Shown one piece after another: positions 52,736-64,000 of a stretch of 64,000 nt of DNA. The DNA is from Camelus dromedarius (lineage: Eukaryota). The notes below the pieces were generated by a model, which saw nothing but the letters and a program-made list of their open reading frames with translations, was not told the origin of the DNA and ran no database searches. The translations under genes were made by a program, and so were the position numbers. The DNA is taken from the NCBI RefSeq assembly GCF_036321535.1, contig NC_087436.1:87546001-87610000 (forward strand), given 5' to 3'. Position 1 is the first letter of the stretch; the number at the start of each line of letters is the position of its first letter.

Positions 52736-55178
52736 CTTTTAGATCGTGATTAGCTCTAATCTGAAGACTTAATGATGTGACAAAGAAATGAATGAGGGTG
52801 GCAGTCAGGGAGGCCTTTCTGAGGAGGAGACATTGGAGGTAAGTCACGGATGCAAAGCACTAGAGAAAGAGCATGTGGGGCTGCGGGAACAGCAAGGGCA
52901 AAAGCCGATGGCCCAAACAAGTTTGGCAACCTTGCGACATGAAGCAGGTGCACGGGGCAGCAGGTAGGTGGTCAGAGAGGTTGGCAGGACAGATCCTGGA
53001 GGGCCCTACAGGCATGGTAAGCAGTCTGGATGGGCTGAACTTACTGTAGCAGAGGGGGAGCTGCTGGTTTATTTTCCATTCCTGGGAAACAGTACCTGGT
53101 GACTAGCTCTGTTGTAGCACTGATTTCTGTTGCTGCCATTTCTTTCTTTGTCTCATCCTCTTATCTTTTTCTCTTAAAAAGACTTTAAAAGAGTTTTGTT
53201 ATAAATGGCTTTGCCTTTCTCATGTTTGTACTAGTTGTCGGGCCACTAGTATCCATGGCAAACTGAAGGGTCCGATGATATCTGATGAGTGATGAGTGAT
53301 GTTGCTGACGTGATGAGAACATCGGAACCCACAGCCTGAACAGCTACCTCCATTCCTTCCTCGCTGAACAAGCAGCTCCTGGCCATTGCTGTTTCACTCC
53401 TGCCCTTACCACAGTGAACTTCAGTTCCCTGCTTTACAGCCTTTTGCTCTGGCTAGATCATGTCGTGTGCTAAGTGGGCAGAGAATGGGCTCGGGAGTTA
53501 AGCAGACCTGAGTATCTCAGCTCTGCCCCTTACCACAGAGCTGTGTGATCCTGCAGAGGTTCTTTAACCTCTCTGAGCCCATTTTCTCTCCAGGAAAAAG
53601 AGAATAATGGCCTGTAGAGTGTTGAGAGAATTAAATCAAAATAATTCGAGTTCCACACCCTAAAGGTAAAAGATGTTCAACAGTTAGTACCTGCGAGGTG
53701 GTACACAGAACTGAATGGAGCAGTGGACTGAGTGGGCAGACTGTGGTTCAAATATGGTTCTCCACTTATTAGCTGCCTTTCCTTAGAAAAGACCTTTTAA
53801 ATATGAGCCTCCATTTACTCATGTTTAGAAGGTGATCTCACGAGCTAACTTAGGTGCAGAGTAGAGGAGGTATTTAATAATTAGTATTATTGTAGTGTTA
53901 TTACTGTATGCTCCTATGCCTTGCCCAGTGTCTGCTACAAAGTTGGGGTCCAATGTTTGTCAACTGAGTGTGTAACACAACTTAAATACTATATCAGATG
54001 GTTCCTGTTCCCAAAACGTGTCACAACATGCTGCAGCGTCTAACACAAAGCATTGCACAAGACACTCAAGTTGCAATAGAGTGACATTATTCTACCAATT
54101 GCTCCCACAAGATAAATAAAACAAAAATATGAGCTAAAACTATACTATCTTCTAATTCCAAAGTTCATCCATTTACAAATCACTGAGTGCCTTTAATTTG
54201 TAAGCCTTGGGCTGGCATCTCAGGAAACAAAACTCCATTAAAAAATAAAAAGTTGCCTGCTGTCAATGAGCTCACCAGCTGGGGAAGTAGGATGGAGAAT
54301 AGGAAACCCAGAAAGAATGAATAATTCCCTTAGAGTTTATTAAATGCTCTAGGAAGATAGTGAATTGTACAAGGAGCAAAACGCACTCCAGTGAGGGGTA
54401 AGCCGTTGGAGCAGGGACCAAGGCAAGAAGCAGCAAGGATGCCGGGTCCAGAGACCAAATAATGAAGGACTTGATTTGCCACATGAAGAGCTCTGGGCTT
54501 TGTCCCATCACTGAAAGATTTAATAGGGCAAGTGGAGGATTTGTTTTGCACTTCACAAGAATTAGTCTGGCAGGAGTGGACCAGATAGTTAGGATTGGAG
54601 AGCGAGTCTGGTGAGGAGATAGGAAGGTGTAACGTCTGGCTGAGGGATGCTACGAGCTGTGGAGATGACAAGGGTCCCCTAAAAATCCTCCACAGCCCCC
54701 AAATCACATCTGTGTCAGCCAAGGTCCCCCGGATTCTAGCATTATCTGCGGAGAAAGTTAGGAGGTTTGGAAACAGGAAAGAGGTGTAAGAGGTGGGATA
54801 CTGTTTTCAGATAGTTTAAGGGGTTCAAAGGACCTCCAGATAAAGACGTCCAGTGATAGTTCCTAACCATTATTGAACATGTACTCTATCCCAGCCAGGC
54901 ACTGTGCTAACAGTTTTAAATACATGTTTAAACGTTTCATTTAATCATCAAAACAGCCCTCCAAACTGGATACCATCCATCATCTTGAATTCACCAGCGA
55001 GGAAAAAATATCTTAAGTAATTTGGAAGAGATAATGGTCAGGCTGGAAACTCAAACCATTCCCGTTGCTTCTGGCACTGGAGCCAAACTCTCAAACATGC
55101 TTTTTTACCGAAAGTAGTTGGAAAGTAACCTGGATCTCAGAAGAGAGATGGGGATTGGGGATGCAGCTTTGGAAGCCT

Positions 55179-55192
55179 CCAGTAGAGGGAGC
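55179..55192 (+). promoter_or_regulatory. Candidate CTCF site CCAGTAGAGGGAGC with upstream TGCAG module
   Basis: Fits CCASYAGRKGGMRS. TGCAG at 55162-55166 lies 12 nt before the core. Confidence 0.45.
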
Positions 55193-55506
55193 GTGGAAGC
55201 CAGGTGCACAGATGGGATCACCACGCAGAGTATAGAGCGGCGAGGGGACTAAGGGCAGGACAGAGGGTAATTTTGCTATTTCAGAAGTGGGCTGAGGAAG
55301 AAGGGCCAGTGAACAAAAAACAAAACAAGAATAGTGAGCAACAAGAGGGACAGCCAAGAAGAAAGATGAATTACCAAGAAGCCAAAGAAGGAGATGAGTT
55401 ATTCTCTGCTTTACCTGTGTATCTATGCTCTCAGCAAATCTTTATGGAGGGAGCTACTGGGTGCTGGATGCTGGGATGTAAGACAGTCTCTTGCCTTGAG
55501 GAATTT

Positions 55507-55872
55507 TTATTTATTTTTTTAATTGAAGTATAGTTGATTTACAATGTTGTGTTAGTTTCTGGTGTGCAGCAGAGTGATTCAGTTATACATTTATATATAT
55601 TCTTTTTCATTATAGGTTATTACAAAATATTGAATACAGTTCCCTGCACTATATTGTAGAACACTGTTGTTTATTTATTTAAATACAGTAGTTAATATCT
55701 GCAAATCCAAAACTCCTAACTTATCCCTCCCCCACCTTCCCACTTTGGTAATCATAAGAGTTTTTTTCCATCTGTGAATCTGTTTCTGTTTTGTAAATAA
55801 ATCCGTTTGTGTCATTTTTTTAGATTCCACATATACGTCCTATCATATGGTATTTGTCTTTCTCTGACTTCA
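55507..55872 (-). mobile_element. 5'-truncated L1 3' end
   Basis: ttaattgaagtatagttgatttacaatgttg...tttttagattccacata. Degenerate TSD cttgccttgaggaattt (55490-55506) / cttgcccccaaggaattt (55873-55890). Confidence 0.85.
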
Positions 55873-56889
55873 CTTGCCCCCAAGGAATTTATAATCTAAG
55901 ATAAACATGTAAATGAATGCAAAACCAAGTATCACTTGCTATAAGAAAGGTAGTTCCAGAATTCAGAGGTGAGGCTCAAAGGAGGAAGTGGTAGGAAACC
56001 AAGAAGATTCAGGAAAGCCTTCGCCTGAGGGGTGTGTGGGCTCTCACTCTTAGAAATTCTAATTGCTCTATTGTGGGGTCTGGACATTAAAAAGCTTTCT
56101 AGATGATTTGTTACGTGTAACTAAGATCAAGAACCACAGCACTGATGGACAGTAAGATCAATTTAGTGAGTCTCACCCACCTACCCCTAAAAAAAAAAAA
56201 AGAATGAAAAAGAAAATAGTACATCACAATTATGAAAGATAAGAATTATTTGTGAAAACTTTGTTTCAGTTATCTAAGTATAAGGGCATATATGTGCTAT
56301 GTTGTGAAGTAAAATGCATTAACTTCTGTGGGTAAGTTTCAGAAACACTGTCTCAGAGGCTTTGCCCGGGTTGAGAATCACTGGTGTGAGCAGTGAGGAG
56401 CCACAGAAATGGTCCCACAAACAGCTGTACAAAAATTGGATCAGAGTGGGGCGTGGAGGAAGGCAGGAAGTCAATAGTAATATGCCACGTTGCAGGTGTG
56501 GAACTTCAACAAGCAAACTTCAAACTCATTCTAGTGGCTTCATGTAGATTAGAAAAGTAGAGGTAACAGAAGAAAGTAGAATATTCCAGCCTATAACCAC
56601 CAGCATTATTAACAGTAAAAAAAAAAAAAGTATTCTTTTGAAGCTGCCAACCTCTATGCAAGAGATGGGCTACCAGCCTCCTTTTGTAACCGCGATGGCT
56701 GTGAAAATCCTGTGAGTTGTTAGGGACAGAATTCTTGCACAGCCTGCAGCTGCTGCACCTGGACCTCTTCTCCCTGCAGCTGCAGACATCACTGCAACAA
56801 AGTTCACTTGAGATCTGCCCTAAACATATGCCAGAAGCAGGTTTTCCCACATATGCAAGAAATGATTGGCTTTTGTATAAGAGCAATAG

Positions 56890-57445
56890 CAGCTAAAGGG
56901 GAAAGGTGGGAGAGAGTTGACAGATCTTTAAAAGGTAGAATCCTCAGGGCTTGATGAACTCATTTTCAAGGTGTGATGGATAGGAAGGGCGCCCAGGGTT
57001 CCCAACTTGGGCCACAGGGGAGATTGTGATGTCATTGCCCAGTTAGAGGTCACAAGAGGAGGACCAGCAAGACTGGAAGCAGGATAACTAGTCCTGTCTG
57101 GTTTGTGTTGGGTCAGAGGATGTGGACATTCACATGGAGCTGTCTGGAGCTAATAGGTGGCCATCCAGGTCAGAAGCGCTGGAGAAATGCCCAAGCTGGA
57201 GATAGATTTGGGAGTCACCAGCATCTGGGAAGTAGCTAAAGCCATCAAATTGGATAAGATGTGTCAAATGCTGCAGAGAAATCAAGGAGATAAGGACTAT
57301 GAAAACAAAAGATTGGATTTGACTGACCACCAGGTGGCCTCTAGTGACCACTGTGAGAGCAGTTATAGCAGAATGATGTGGGGGCGGGGCGAGGGGTGTG
57401 GTACTTGATGTTGTTCCAAATTGTTCAGGTTGAGGAACAAACAGG
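56890..57445 (-). mobile_element. L2 remnant
   Basis: gctggagatagatttgggagtcaccagcatc...gataaggactatgaaaac...ttggatttg. Confidence 0.65.
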
Positions 57446-57463
57446 AGTTAAAGACACAGATGT

Positions 57464-57630
57464 GGGGGAGGGTATAGCTCAAATGGTTGAGCACATGCTT
57501 AACATGCACGAGGCCCTGGGTTCAATCCCCAGTACCTCCATTTAAAAAAAAAAAAATAGTAATAATAATTAAATAAATAAACCTAATTACCTCCCCATCC
57601 CCTGCAAAAAAAAAAAAAAAAAAAAAAAAA
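57464..57630 (+). mobile_element. Camelid tRNA-derived SINE (Vic-1-like), full length with a 25-nt poly(A)
   Basis: gggggagggtatagctcaaatgg (A box)...gggttcaatcccc (B box)...aaacctaattacctcccc followed by poly(A). Confidence 0.9.
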
Positions 57631-58577
57631 TGCAAAGGTAATGAACCCAAACCAAGGTTCCTAATTTCCAAGGTCCTTCACAATGTACCTCCCCACAACT
57701 TATGCAGCCTTCCTTCCTCCAGCAGCTCTCTCCATGCCAGCCATCTTTGTCATTGCACGTTACGTGTACGCCAGTTCAACCACCAATCTGCCGATCCCTT
57801 CCACTTCCTTTACTTCTGAGCAACCCCTTGACCTTATTAACATCTCCTCTCATGAGAGCCTGATCATCCCAATGGTTCTCTCCTACCTACTGTTCTATTC
57901 CTAACTTGAATCACCCCTACAACATGAAAAGGAGAGAAAGAATTTTTCATCACAAAATTAATAAAGCTTACCACTAAATATTTTTAATCAACTTGCCAAC
58001 TTCACTTTGAAAAGCTATTCAGATCTATCAATTTCAGTACAAAATAGTTATTTCCACTTTAAGAAACTTTGATCTTTTACACACAAAATATGCTTCATCT
58101 AATCTAGATAAGAATTAAATCGTGCAAAAGGATTTACCACAATATGCCTTTAAAATATGAACACTGCTGCCACATTAAATGATTTGCCTGGCATTTTTAT
58201 TTTTTAATACTTTTCTTTTTAAAAAGACTCATTTTACATACAACAAGAATACCATTTCCAAATCTGTCAAGTAAATGAGCAAGAAGAAGAGATGATCAAC
58301 AGGAAATATGTGGAGTCGAGTCTGAGGGGAAGCATTTGCAAGTCCTTACAGCTGATCATGGAAAGTCACACGTGGAAAACAAAGCCCTAATTTCTACCTA
58401 CTTTCCTCCCTACCCTGCTATCCAGGGTGTGTATCTGGCAGGGTTGGGGAAGGATGGCCGGAAATGGACACTGCAAATAAATGGAATTTCCTTACACCTT
58501 CCCTTCCTCTGTAGGGAATAAGAGACAGGACTTGACAAGCAAAAGACCTTGTTTCAAATCCAAGTTCCACTTTTTCT

Positions 58578-58969
58578 TTTCTTTTTCGTATATATACATT
58601 TTTTATTGAAGTATAGTCAGTTTACAATGTTGTGTCAATTTCTGGTGTACAGCACAATGCTTCAGTCATACATGAACATACATATATTCGTTTTCATATT
58701 CTTTTTCACCGTAAGGTACTACAGTGACAATGAGTGTGTATATGTCCATGAATGACTGAAAAATTGTGCTGAACACTGGAATTTGACACAACATTGTAAA
58801 ATGATTATAAATCAATAAAAAATGTTAAAAAAAAATAAGGTACTACAAGATATTGAATATAGTTCCCTGTGCTATACAGTATGAACTTATTGTTTATTTA
58901 TTATATACATATTAGTTAGTATCTGCAAATCTCAAACTCCCAATTTATCCCTTCCCTCCCCCTTCCCCG
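58578..58969 (-). mobile_element. 5'-truncated L1 3' end with 16-bp TSD; host of a younger L1
   Basis: TSD aagttccactttttct (58562-58577) / aagttctaccttttct (58970-58985). Confidence 0.85.
58724..58835 (+). mobile_element. 112-bp young L1 3' terminus with perfect 12-bp TSD
   Basis: 58726-58826 is identical to 2020-2120. TSD taaggtactaca at 58712-58723 and 58836-58847. Confidence 0.93.
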
Positions 58970-59144
58970 AAGTTCTACCTTTTCTAGTGTAGTGACTTTA
59001 GGCAGGCAAGCTGCACTCCTGGGATTTGGTTTTCTCATCTATAAAATGTAGAAAATAAAACCATAGGTTCTTACAGAGTTTAAAGGCAATAATGCATGAA
59101 GAATGCTTTGAAGGCTTTCAAAGGCTGTTTAAACACTGTTATAG

Positions 59145-59387
59145 GGGATAAAGTAATACAAACTACTATGTATAAAATAAATAAGCTACAAGGCTATATT
59201 GTACAGCACAGGGAGTATAGCTTTTTATAGCCATAGTATTTTATAGCTATAAATGGAGTGCAATCTTTAAAAATTATGAATCACTATGTTGTACACTTGA
59301 AACTTACACAATAATGTACATCAACCATACCTCAAAATGTTTTTAAATAAAGTACTCTGCAAAGTAAAAAAAAATAAAATAAAATAA
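59145..59387 (+). mobile_element. L1 3' end fragment
   Basis: tacaaactactatgtataaaataaataagctacaagg...gaatcactatgttgtacacttgaaact, then an A-rich tail. Confidence 0.8.
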
Positions 59388-61402
59388 GTGGTGGTTAGAA
59401 CAGGCTACAACTGCTCCCCTAGGGAAGTGCAGTCCCCTATGTGGGCAGCCTTTCAGGCAGCATTGTTCCCGAAATCAACCCTCTGTTCCACATCATCACC
59501 TTGCCACACACCACTGCCTCCACAACAAGTTTTTAAACTGAAATCCTGAATTTTAGATACAAGAAAAATTAGGCTTATATATATCTCCACAATTTAGGAG
59601 AAGCTCCTATTTAAGTTTCTCCATTGGATTTGAGTGTCTTGAACCATAGTTAACATCCCTATTGGACTTCTTTTGATACTTCTTGAATATCAAACAATGA
59701 TGACATTTACATGAACCAGTTAGTCCAAGACGAAAATAAGGAAAAATCAAATTTAAAGTTGATCGCCTCTCTGTTAAAAAGAAAATAATATTCCTTAACC
59801 ATCTGTCAACTTTTTTTTTGTAACCATGGATTCATCATTATTAACAGTGGCAGAGTAGTAGCATGAATTAAATATTCCATGTGCTTTTCTACATTTCTCA
59901 GACTCCCTTACAATTAGATGGGAGCCACTAATTCTGACCAAGGGACGATGAGTGCCAGGGATGTGTGTTATGTAAGAGCAGGGCAAGTTCTTTGCTCCCT
60001 CTCTTCTGCAGAATCCTTGAGGTCCTGCTGCATCTGACAGGGGATGCCTGACACTGAGCCAGTGATGGGCGGGAACTGCCATCAGACTTCGCCCAAATGA
60101 GAAATAAACCTCTGTTATGTTGAGACACTAAGGTTTGGCATTTATTCATTACTGGCTAATAAAGAGATAAAGGTCCTAAAGGGAATAAAAATATTCTCTA
60201 TAAGTTCACTAATTAAACCGATTCCCCAAGAATACAGAAGAGGGAGGAGTGAAGGAGAGCAGAGTCTGTTTGAAGTCACTGTAGCAATGGCAACAGCATT
60301 TTGTACACCTTGACATAAAGGTAGCCTCTATTAGAACCACAAAGCTTATTCTAAAACAGAGGGGACAACTCTTTAAAAGCTCCTTTTATGTGCTGATATT
60401 TAATATGCTGTTTTCACTCGTTAGTACCGATTTCTATAGCGCGAGAGGAGAGTAATTCAAGAGGCAGCATTACCAGCCTGCCCTGCCATCCCCACTCATA
60501 TATCAAATAATTAGAAATTTCCAGAGTGTAATGTCTTGATGTCTATTATCTTACTTTAAGAAATGTGGTTTGTCTTATCTTAGGGATGGGGTTATTGAGG
60601 ATATAGTAAGCTCTTACCCTTTGTACACAGAATACATTTTTTAAAGTAATAAGTCTTGGAGCATCTGACCAAAATCAAGTCCCCAGTGCCCAGAAGTCTG
60701 AGTAGAAACAAAAGCATGTCAGAGAGAGGAGAGTTTCAGCCCAGAGTTGGCCTTCTTCAGGTACTGCTAACATCTTAAGGAGGTTAATTTCTCTTCTCAT
60801 CTTGGCATCTCTCCGGAGTAATTAGATTCTGCATAGGTGGTTATTTGACTCTTTGACAGAATTGATCAATAAAACTACACTGATGTTACTTGATAAATTG
60901 GGGGCATTTGGAGCAGCATACTCTTACATAAACCTTAAGGACCATCCTGGGACCGCTTGACCTTGTTTACTCAAAGCCTCAGAGTAGTTTACAAGATGCC
61001 GATCTGTATTATCTCTTGCCTAAAGTATCCCCCAGCCCTCTCTGTTCTGCTAGGGTTTCCAACTTCCCCATCATGCAACAGCTAGAGCAAACTTTCCTGA
61101 ATACAATCCAAACCTATTTTCTCCCTGCATAATGCTTTTAGCTTCTCCCCATTGCCTCAGGGTAAAGTCTAAACTCCTTAACACACCAGCCAAGCCCCCC
61201 ATCCTCTGGTCCCCACCACCCTACCTCCTTGGCCTCATCTCACATCCACTCCCTGCCTGGAAGTAGTCACAGGCTCCCCAAATATGCTAGCTTTTTCCTC
61301 CTCCTTGCTTTTTGCACATGCTGTTTCCTCCATCCTTCATCCTCCTCTCTAACTGGAAGTCCATCATTAAGATGCAGCTCCATCATTAAGATGCAGCTGG
61401 CA

Positions 61403-61544
61403 GGGGAAGGGTACAGCTCATGTTTAGCATGTTTAGCATGCAGGAGGTCCTGGGTTCAATCCCCAGTACTTCCATTAAGACATAAGTAAATAAATAAATA
61501 AACAAACAAACAAACCTAATTACCTCTCCCCCTGCCTCAAATAA
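61403..61544 (+). mobile_element. Camelid tRNA-derived SINE (Vic-1-like)
   Basis: ggggaagggtacagctca...gtcctgggttcaatccccagtacttcc...aaacctaattacctc. Confidence 0.85.
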
Positions 61545-61574
61545 GGGGTGAGGGCAGGAGATTACAACTGTAAA

Positions 61575-62620
61575 CAGAACACTGTCTCCTGAGAAGGTGA
61601 CACTGAAGCAAAGACTTGAAGGAGGTAAAGAAGCAAGGATGTCGATATCTTGCTGAAATATCAGTGCATGAAAAGCTTTCCAGGCAAAGGGAACAGCAAG
61701 AACAAAATGTCCTGAAGCTAGAGCATGGCTGGTGTGTTCTAGAACTGCTCCAGCCAATACAGTCACCACTGGCCATATGTGACTATTTGAATTTAGATTA
61801 GACTTAGATGAAGTTAAAAACTCAGTTCCTCACTTTGCGCTTGCCACATTTCAAGTGCCCAATAGCCACCATATTGGACAGTGCAAATATAGCATACAGA
61901 TGTACAGATAGAACATGTTAGTCATCATGGAAAGTTCCATTGGACAGCTTTGCTCTAGAAGGAACAAGGTGGCCAGTATTGCTGAAGTGGTTGAGCAAGG
62001 GAGAAAATAATAGATGAGGTCACATAGTTTAAAGGAGAACAATTGTGTTTGATGGCCATTGTAGGAACGTTTATTCTGAGAGAGGAAGTTTGGAGAGTTT
62101 TGCCAGAGGAGTAACTCAATCTGACTTGACATTCAGAAGAATCACTTTGGGTTATCATTTTTTAAATAATCCAAATGAAAGATGACCAAAGGTGGACAGT
62201 ATGGCAGCAGTGAGGGTGGTGAAAAGTGCTCAGGTTTAGCATGAATTTAGAAGCTGGTATCAACAGATTATGCTGGTGAGAAGGAGGTAGAATATGTCAT
62301 GATAAAGACTACTTAGTCTTGGGGCATGGGAGAGGGTAAGGTTGGTTTTAGACTGATCTGACTTTGAGATGACAATAGCACAACTGAAAATATCCTGGCA
62401 ACTGCAGAAGTGAGCACTCAGATGAGAACAGGACCTGATTATAGATATGAAATTCATCAGCATAGGAGTAAGAGATGAAGCAGGCATGAAGGTGGAAGAG
62501 ATTTCTAAAGTCTGGCTCTTGAAGAATAGCTACAAGTGGTGGGTGGGGAGAGTGGGAAGGCAAGGAGACGAATTATTAGAGCCTTAGAAGAACAGGGATA
62601 TCAAAAGTCAAATGCCAGAG
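61575..62620 (-). mobile_element. L2 remnant interrupted by MER3
   Basis: ctgagaaggtgacactgaagcaaagacttgaagg...gggaacagcaagaacaaa...ggagagttttgccagaggagtaac. Confidence 0.7.
61745..61952. mobile_element. MER3-like hAT-Charlie MITE with 8-bp TSD
   Basis: gccacatttcaagtgcccaatagccac...gaaagttccattggacagc; TSD ttctagaa (61737-61744) / ctctagaa (61953-61960). Confidence 0.8.
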
Positions 62621-63349
62621 TCAAAGAGAAATGATGGTGCCCAGGGAATGGCCACAGACTCTGGAACGGCATTGGTCTCTAAGCGTGCAGTCTCTATTAT
62701 GCGCACGTGTCTGTGTGTATGTGTGTATGTGAGTGAAGAATCTAGATTGAAATGGTTCAGTGGGATGCACCATTGTTAGTGAGATGGGAAAGTACAATAA
62801 ACTTTGGCATTTCTTAGGACTTACTGGTAGTTTCTAAAACAATCATTTAATTTGGTCCAGCCGCTGTTAGTGTCATTTGTGTTAAATGTTGTCTTCTGAC
62901 AAACTGAATATACTTTGTAACATTTCAAGTGTATTTAGGCCACAGGGCAAGAAAAAACAAATTTTTTTGGTAAGAAGTAGTTTTAAGAAGGCTAAATACA
63001 TGTATTAGGATTTGTTATCCTCAACCTTCTGGGACTAAGTAACAAGCAGGCACTTCTGAAGGTGGGGACGGGGAACCCAAGGCTTTGTGCTAGAGGTGAA
63101 TTTTAATTTTTCTGCAATCTCGATGGAGAAGAAATAGTCAGTGCTGGTTCTTTAAACGTGGGGAAAGGGGGTAAACACAAGGAAGTAAGGCTAAGTAGAA
63201 AACTCTAGCTGTGTTTTGAGCTCCCCTTCTTCCAGGATCCCTGATTAGAAGGGTAATGGGAAAGCCCAGGGACTCATAACAGAAGCCAGCTGCATTTTTC
63301 CTGGTAGTATTTCAGAAACAAGCTGATCTAGACTGAAAAAAAAAAAAAA

Positions 63350-63525
63350 AAAAACCTGACATCCAAAAAGGAACTTTACATATCATCTAATTCCAGCCTC
63401 TCCCATTTAGTAGAGGAGGTACTGAAACTCAGAGAGGTTAATAAATTGCCCGAAATGATTCAGCTTGCTTCTGTGCAGAGCCAGGCCTGGAAGTTAGCGG
63501 GGCTGTCTCCGGTTCCCAGCTCTTT
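63350..63525 (-). mobile_element. MIR SINE
   Basis: atcatctaattccagcctctcccatttagtagaggaggtactgaaactcagagaggttaataaattgccc. Confidence 0.7.
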
Positions 63526-64000
63526 CTGCCTCCCTGTTCCGCTTGCTGTATAACAATAGGACTCTCCTTTTTAAGATGGACCAACCAACCGAACGTAAAG
63601 CAAATTCAGCACTGGAGTTCTACCTTCTGGGTGGGGGAGATTAAGAGGAACGGAAGTAGGGGTGGAGATTAGTGAGATTCGAAGAACGCTTCTGGGTTTG
63701 ATGACAGAATATTGGTTTACGAGTGCCTGGGCAACAGGCCTTCTGCAGTCTGCCCGGGTACTGAAGCTGCTCTTTACCTGCCGTGCTGACCAGCACGCAA
63801 ATGAGACCCTGCAGCGTTGACAAGTGTCCGTTTCATTGACTTCTGGGTAATATAACTCCTGAGTGTATTTTTATAAAACTCCAGTCTGATAAAACCACTA
63901 GTTATCCTCAGAGTAGGAGACTCGTGGAAAGGCAGTAGGAAGGGTGTAGTTTAAAAAAAAAAAAATTCGAGTCAGGGGAATGGCGGTGAATTGTGCTGGC

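Larger units (their letters stand above)
58520..59110 (+). mobile_element. MIR SINE interrupted by nested L1s
   Basis: agaccttgtttcaaatcccaagttccac...[inserts]...gtgactttaggcagg...ttttctcatctataaaatg. Confidence 0.65.

Noticed and set aside
53270..53345. Cluster of TGATGA motifs with a downstream CTGA, resembling C/D box snoRNA boxes
   Set aside because: Antisense to the host gene, with no terminal stem and poor spacing; better explained as a short degenerate tandem repeat.
57464..57540. tRNA-like sequence with A and B boxes
   Set aside because: It is a SINE head: no proper cloverleaf, followed by a SINE body and poly(A), and four related copies occur in the window.
19990..61925. p53 response element, expected because Mieap is a known p53 target
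   Set aside because: Only isolated half-sites were seen (AGACATGTTT 19996, AAACATGTCT 32442, AAACATGCTT 55093). None has a convincing adjacent second half-site.
51122..64000. SPATA18 exon 1 (recalled MAENLKRLVSNETLRTLQEKLDFWLKEYN-like) and promoter
   Set aside because: No matching segment found by eye on the minus strand. CpG density rises near 63500-64000, suggesting exon 1 lies just outside the window.
1..64000. CRISPR arrays, operons or prokaryote-type systems
   Set aside because: The sequence is intron- and retrotransposon-rich mammalian DNA with no regularly spaced direct-repeat array.

Overview
Mammalian genomic DNA, most likely from a camelid (camel, alpaca or llama). That assignment is an inference from the tRNA-derived Vic-1-like SINEs and the style of the young L1 3' UTRs. 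The only protein-coding gene I can support is SPATA18 (Mieap, mitochondria-eating protein) on the minus strand. Twelve coding exons (2-13, 51121 down to a TAA stop at 31281-31283) have GT-AG boundaries and consistent phases. They total 1581 nt, or 526 aa plus stop. Exon 1 was not found and probably lies beyond 64000. Positions 1 to about 28700 are intergenic and repeat-rich, and begin with the 3' part of a young L1 whose RT catalytic motif is broken by a frameshift. I found no clearly new multi-gene system, and almost all small ORFs in the track are noise. The best leads are: (1) a CpG-rich, NRF1/ETS-bearing promoter-like element that appears to have evolved inside an ancient L2 in intron 4, followed by a plus-strand splice donor; (2) an expanded Arg/Ser hexamer repeat in Mieap exon 7; (3) several informative retrotransposition or repair scars, namely two twin-primed 5'-inverted L1s, a three-layer nested insertion, and a 44-bp templated insertion in a MER58 transposon. 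Repeat family names come from recalled consensus sequences rather than a database search, and boundaries of old repeats are approximate.
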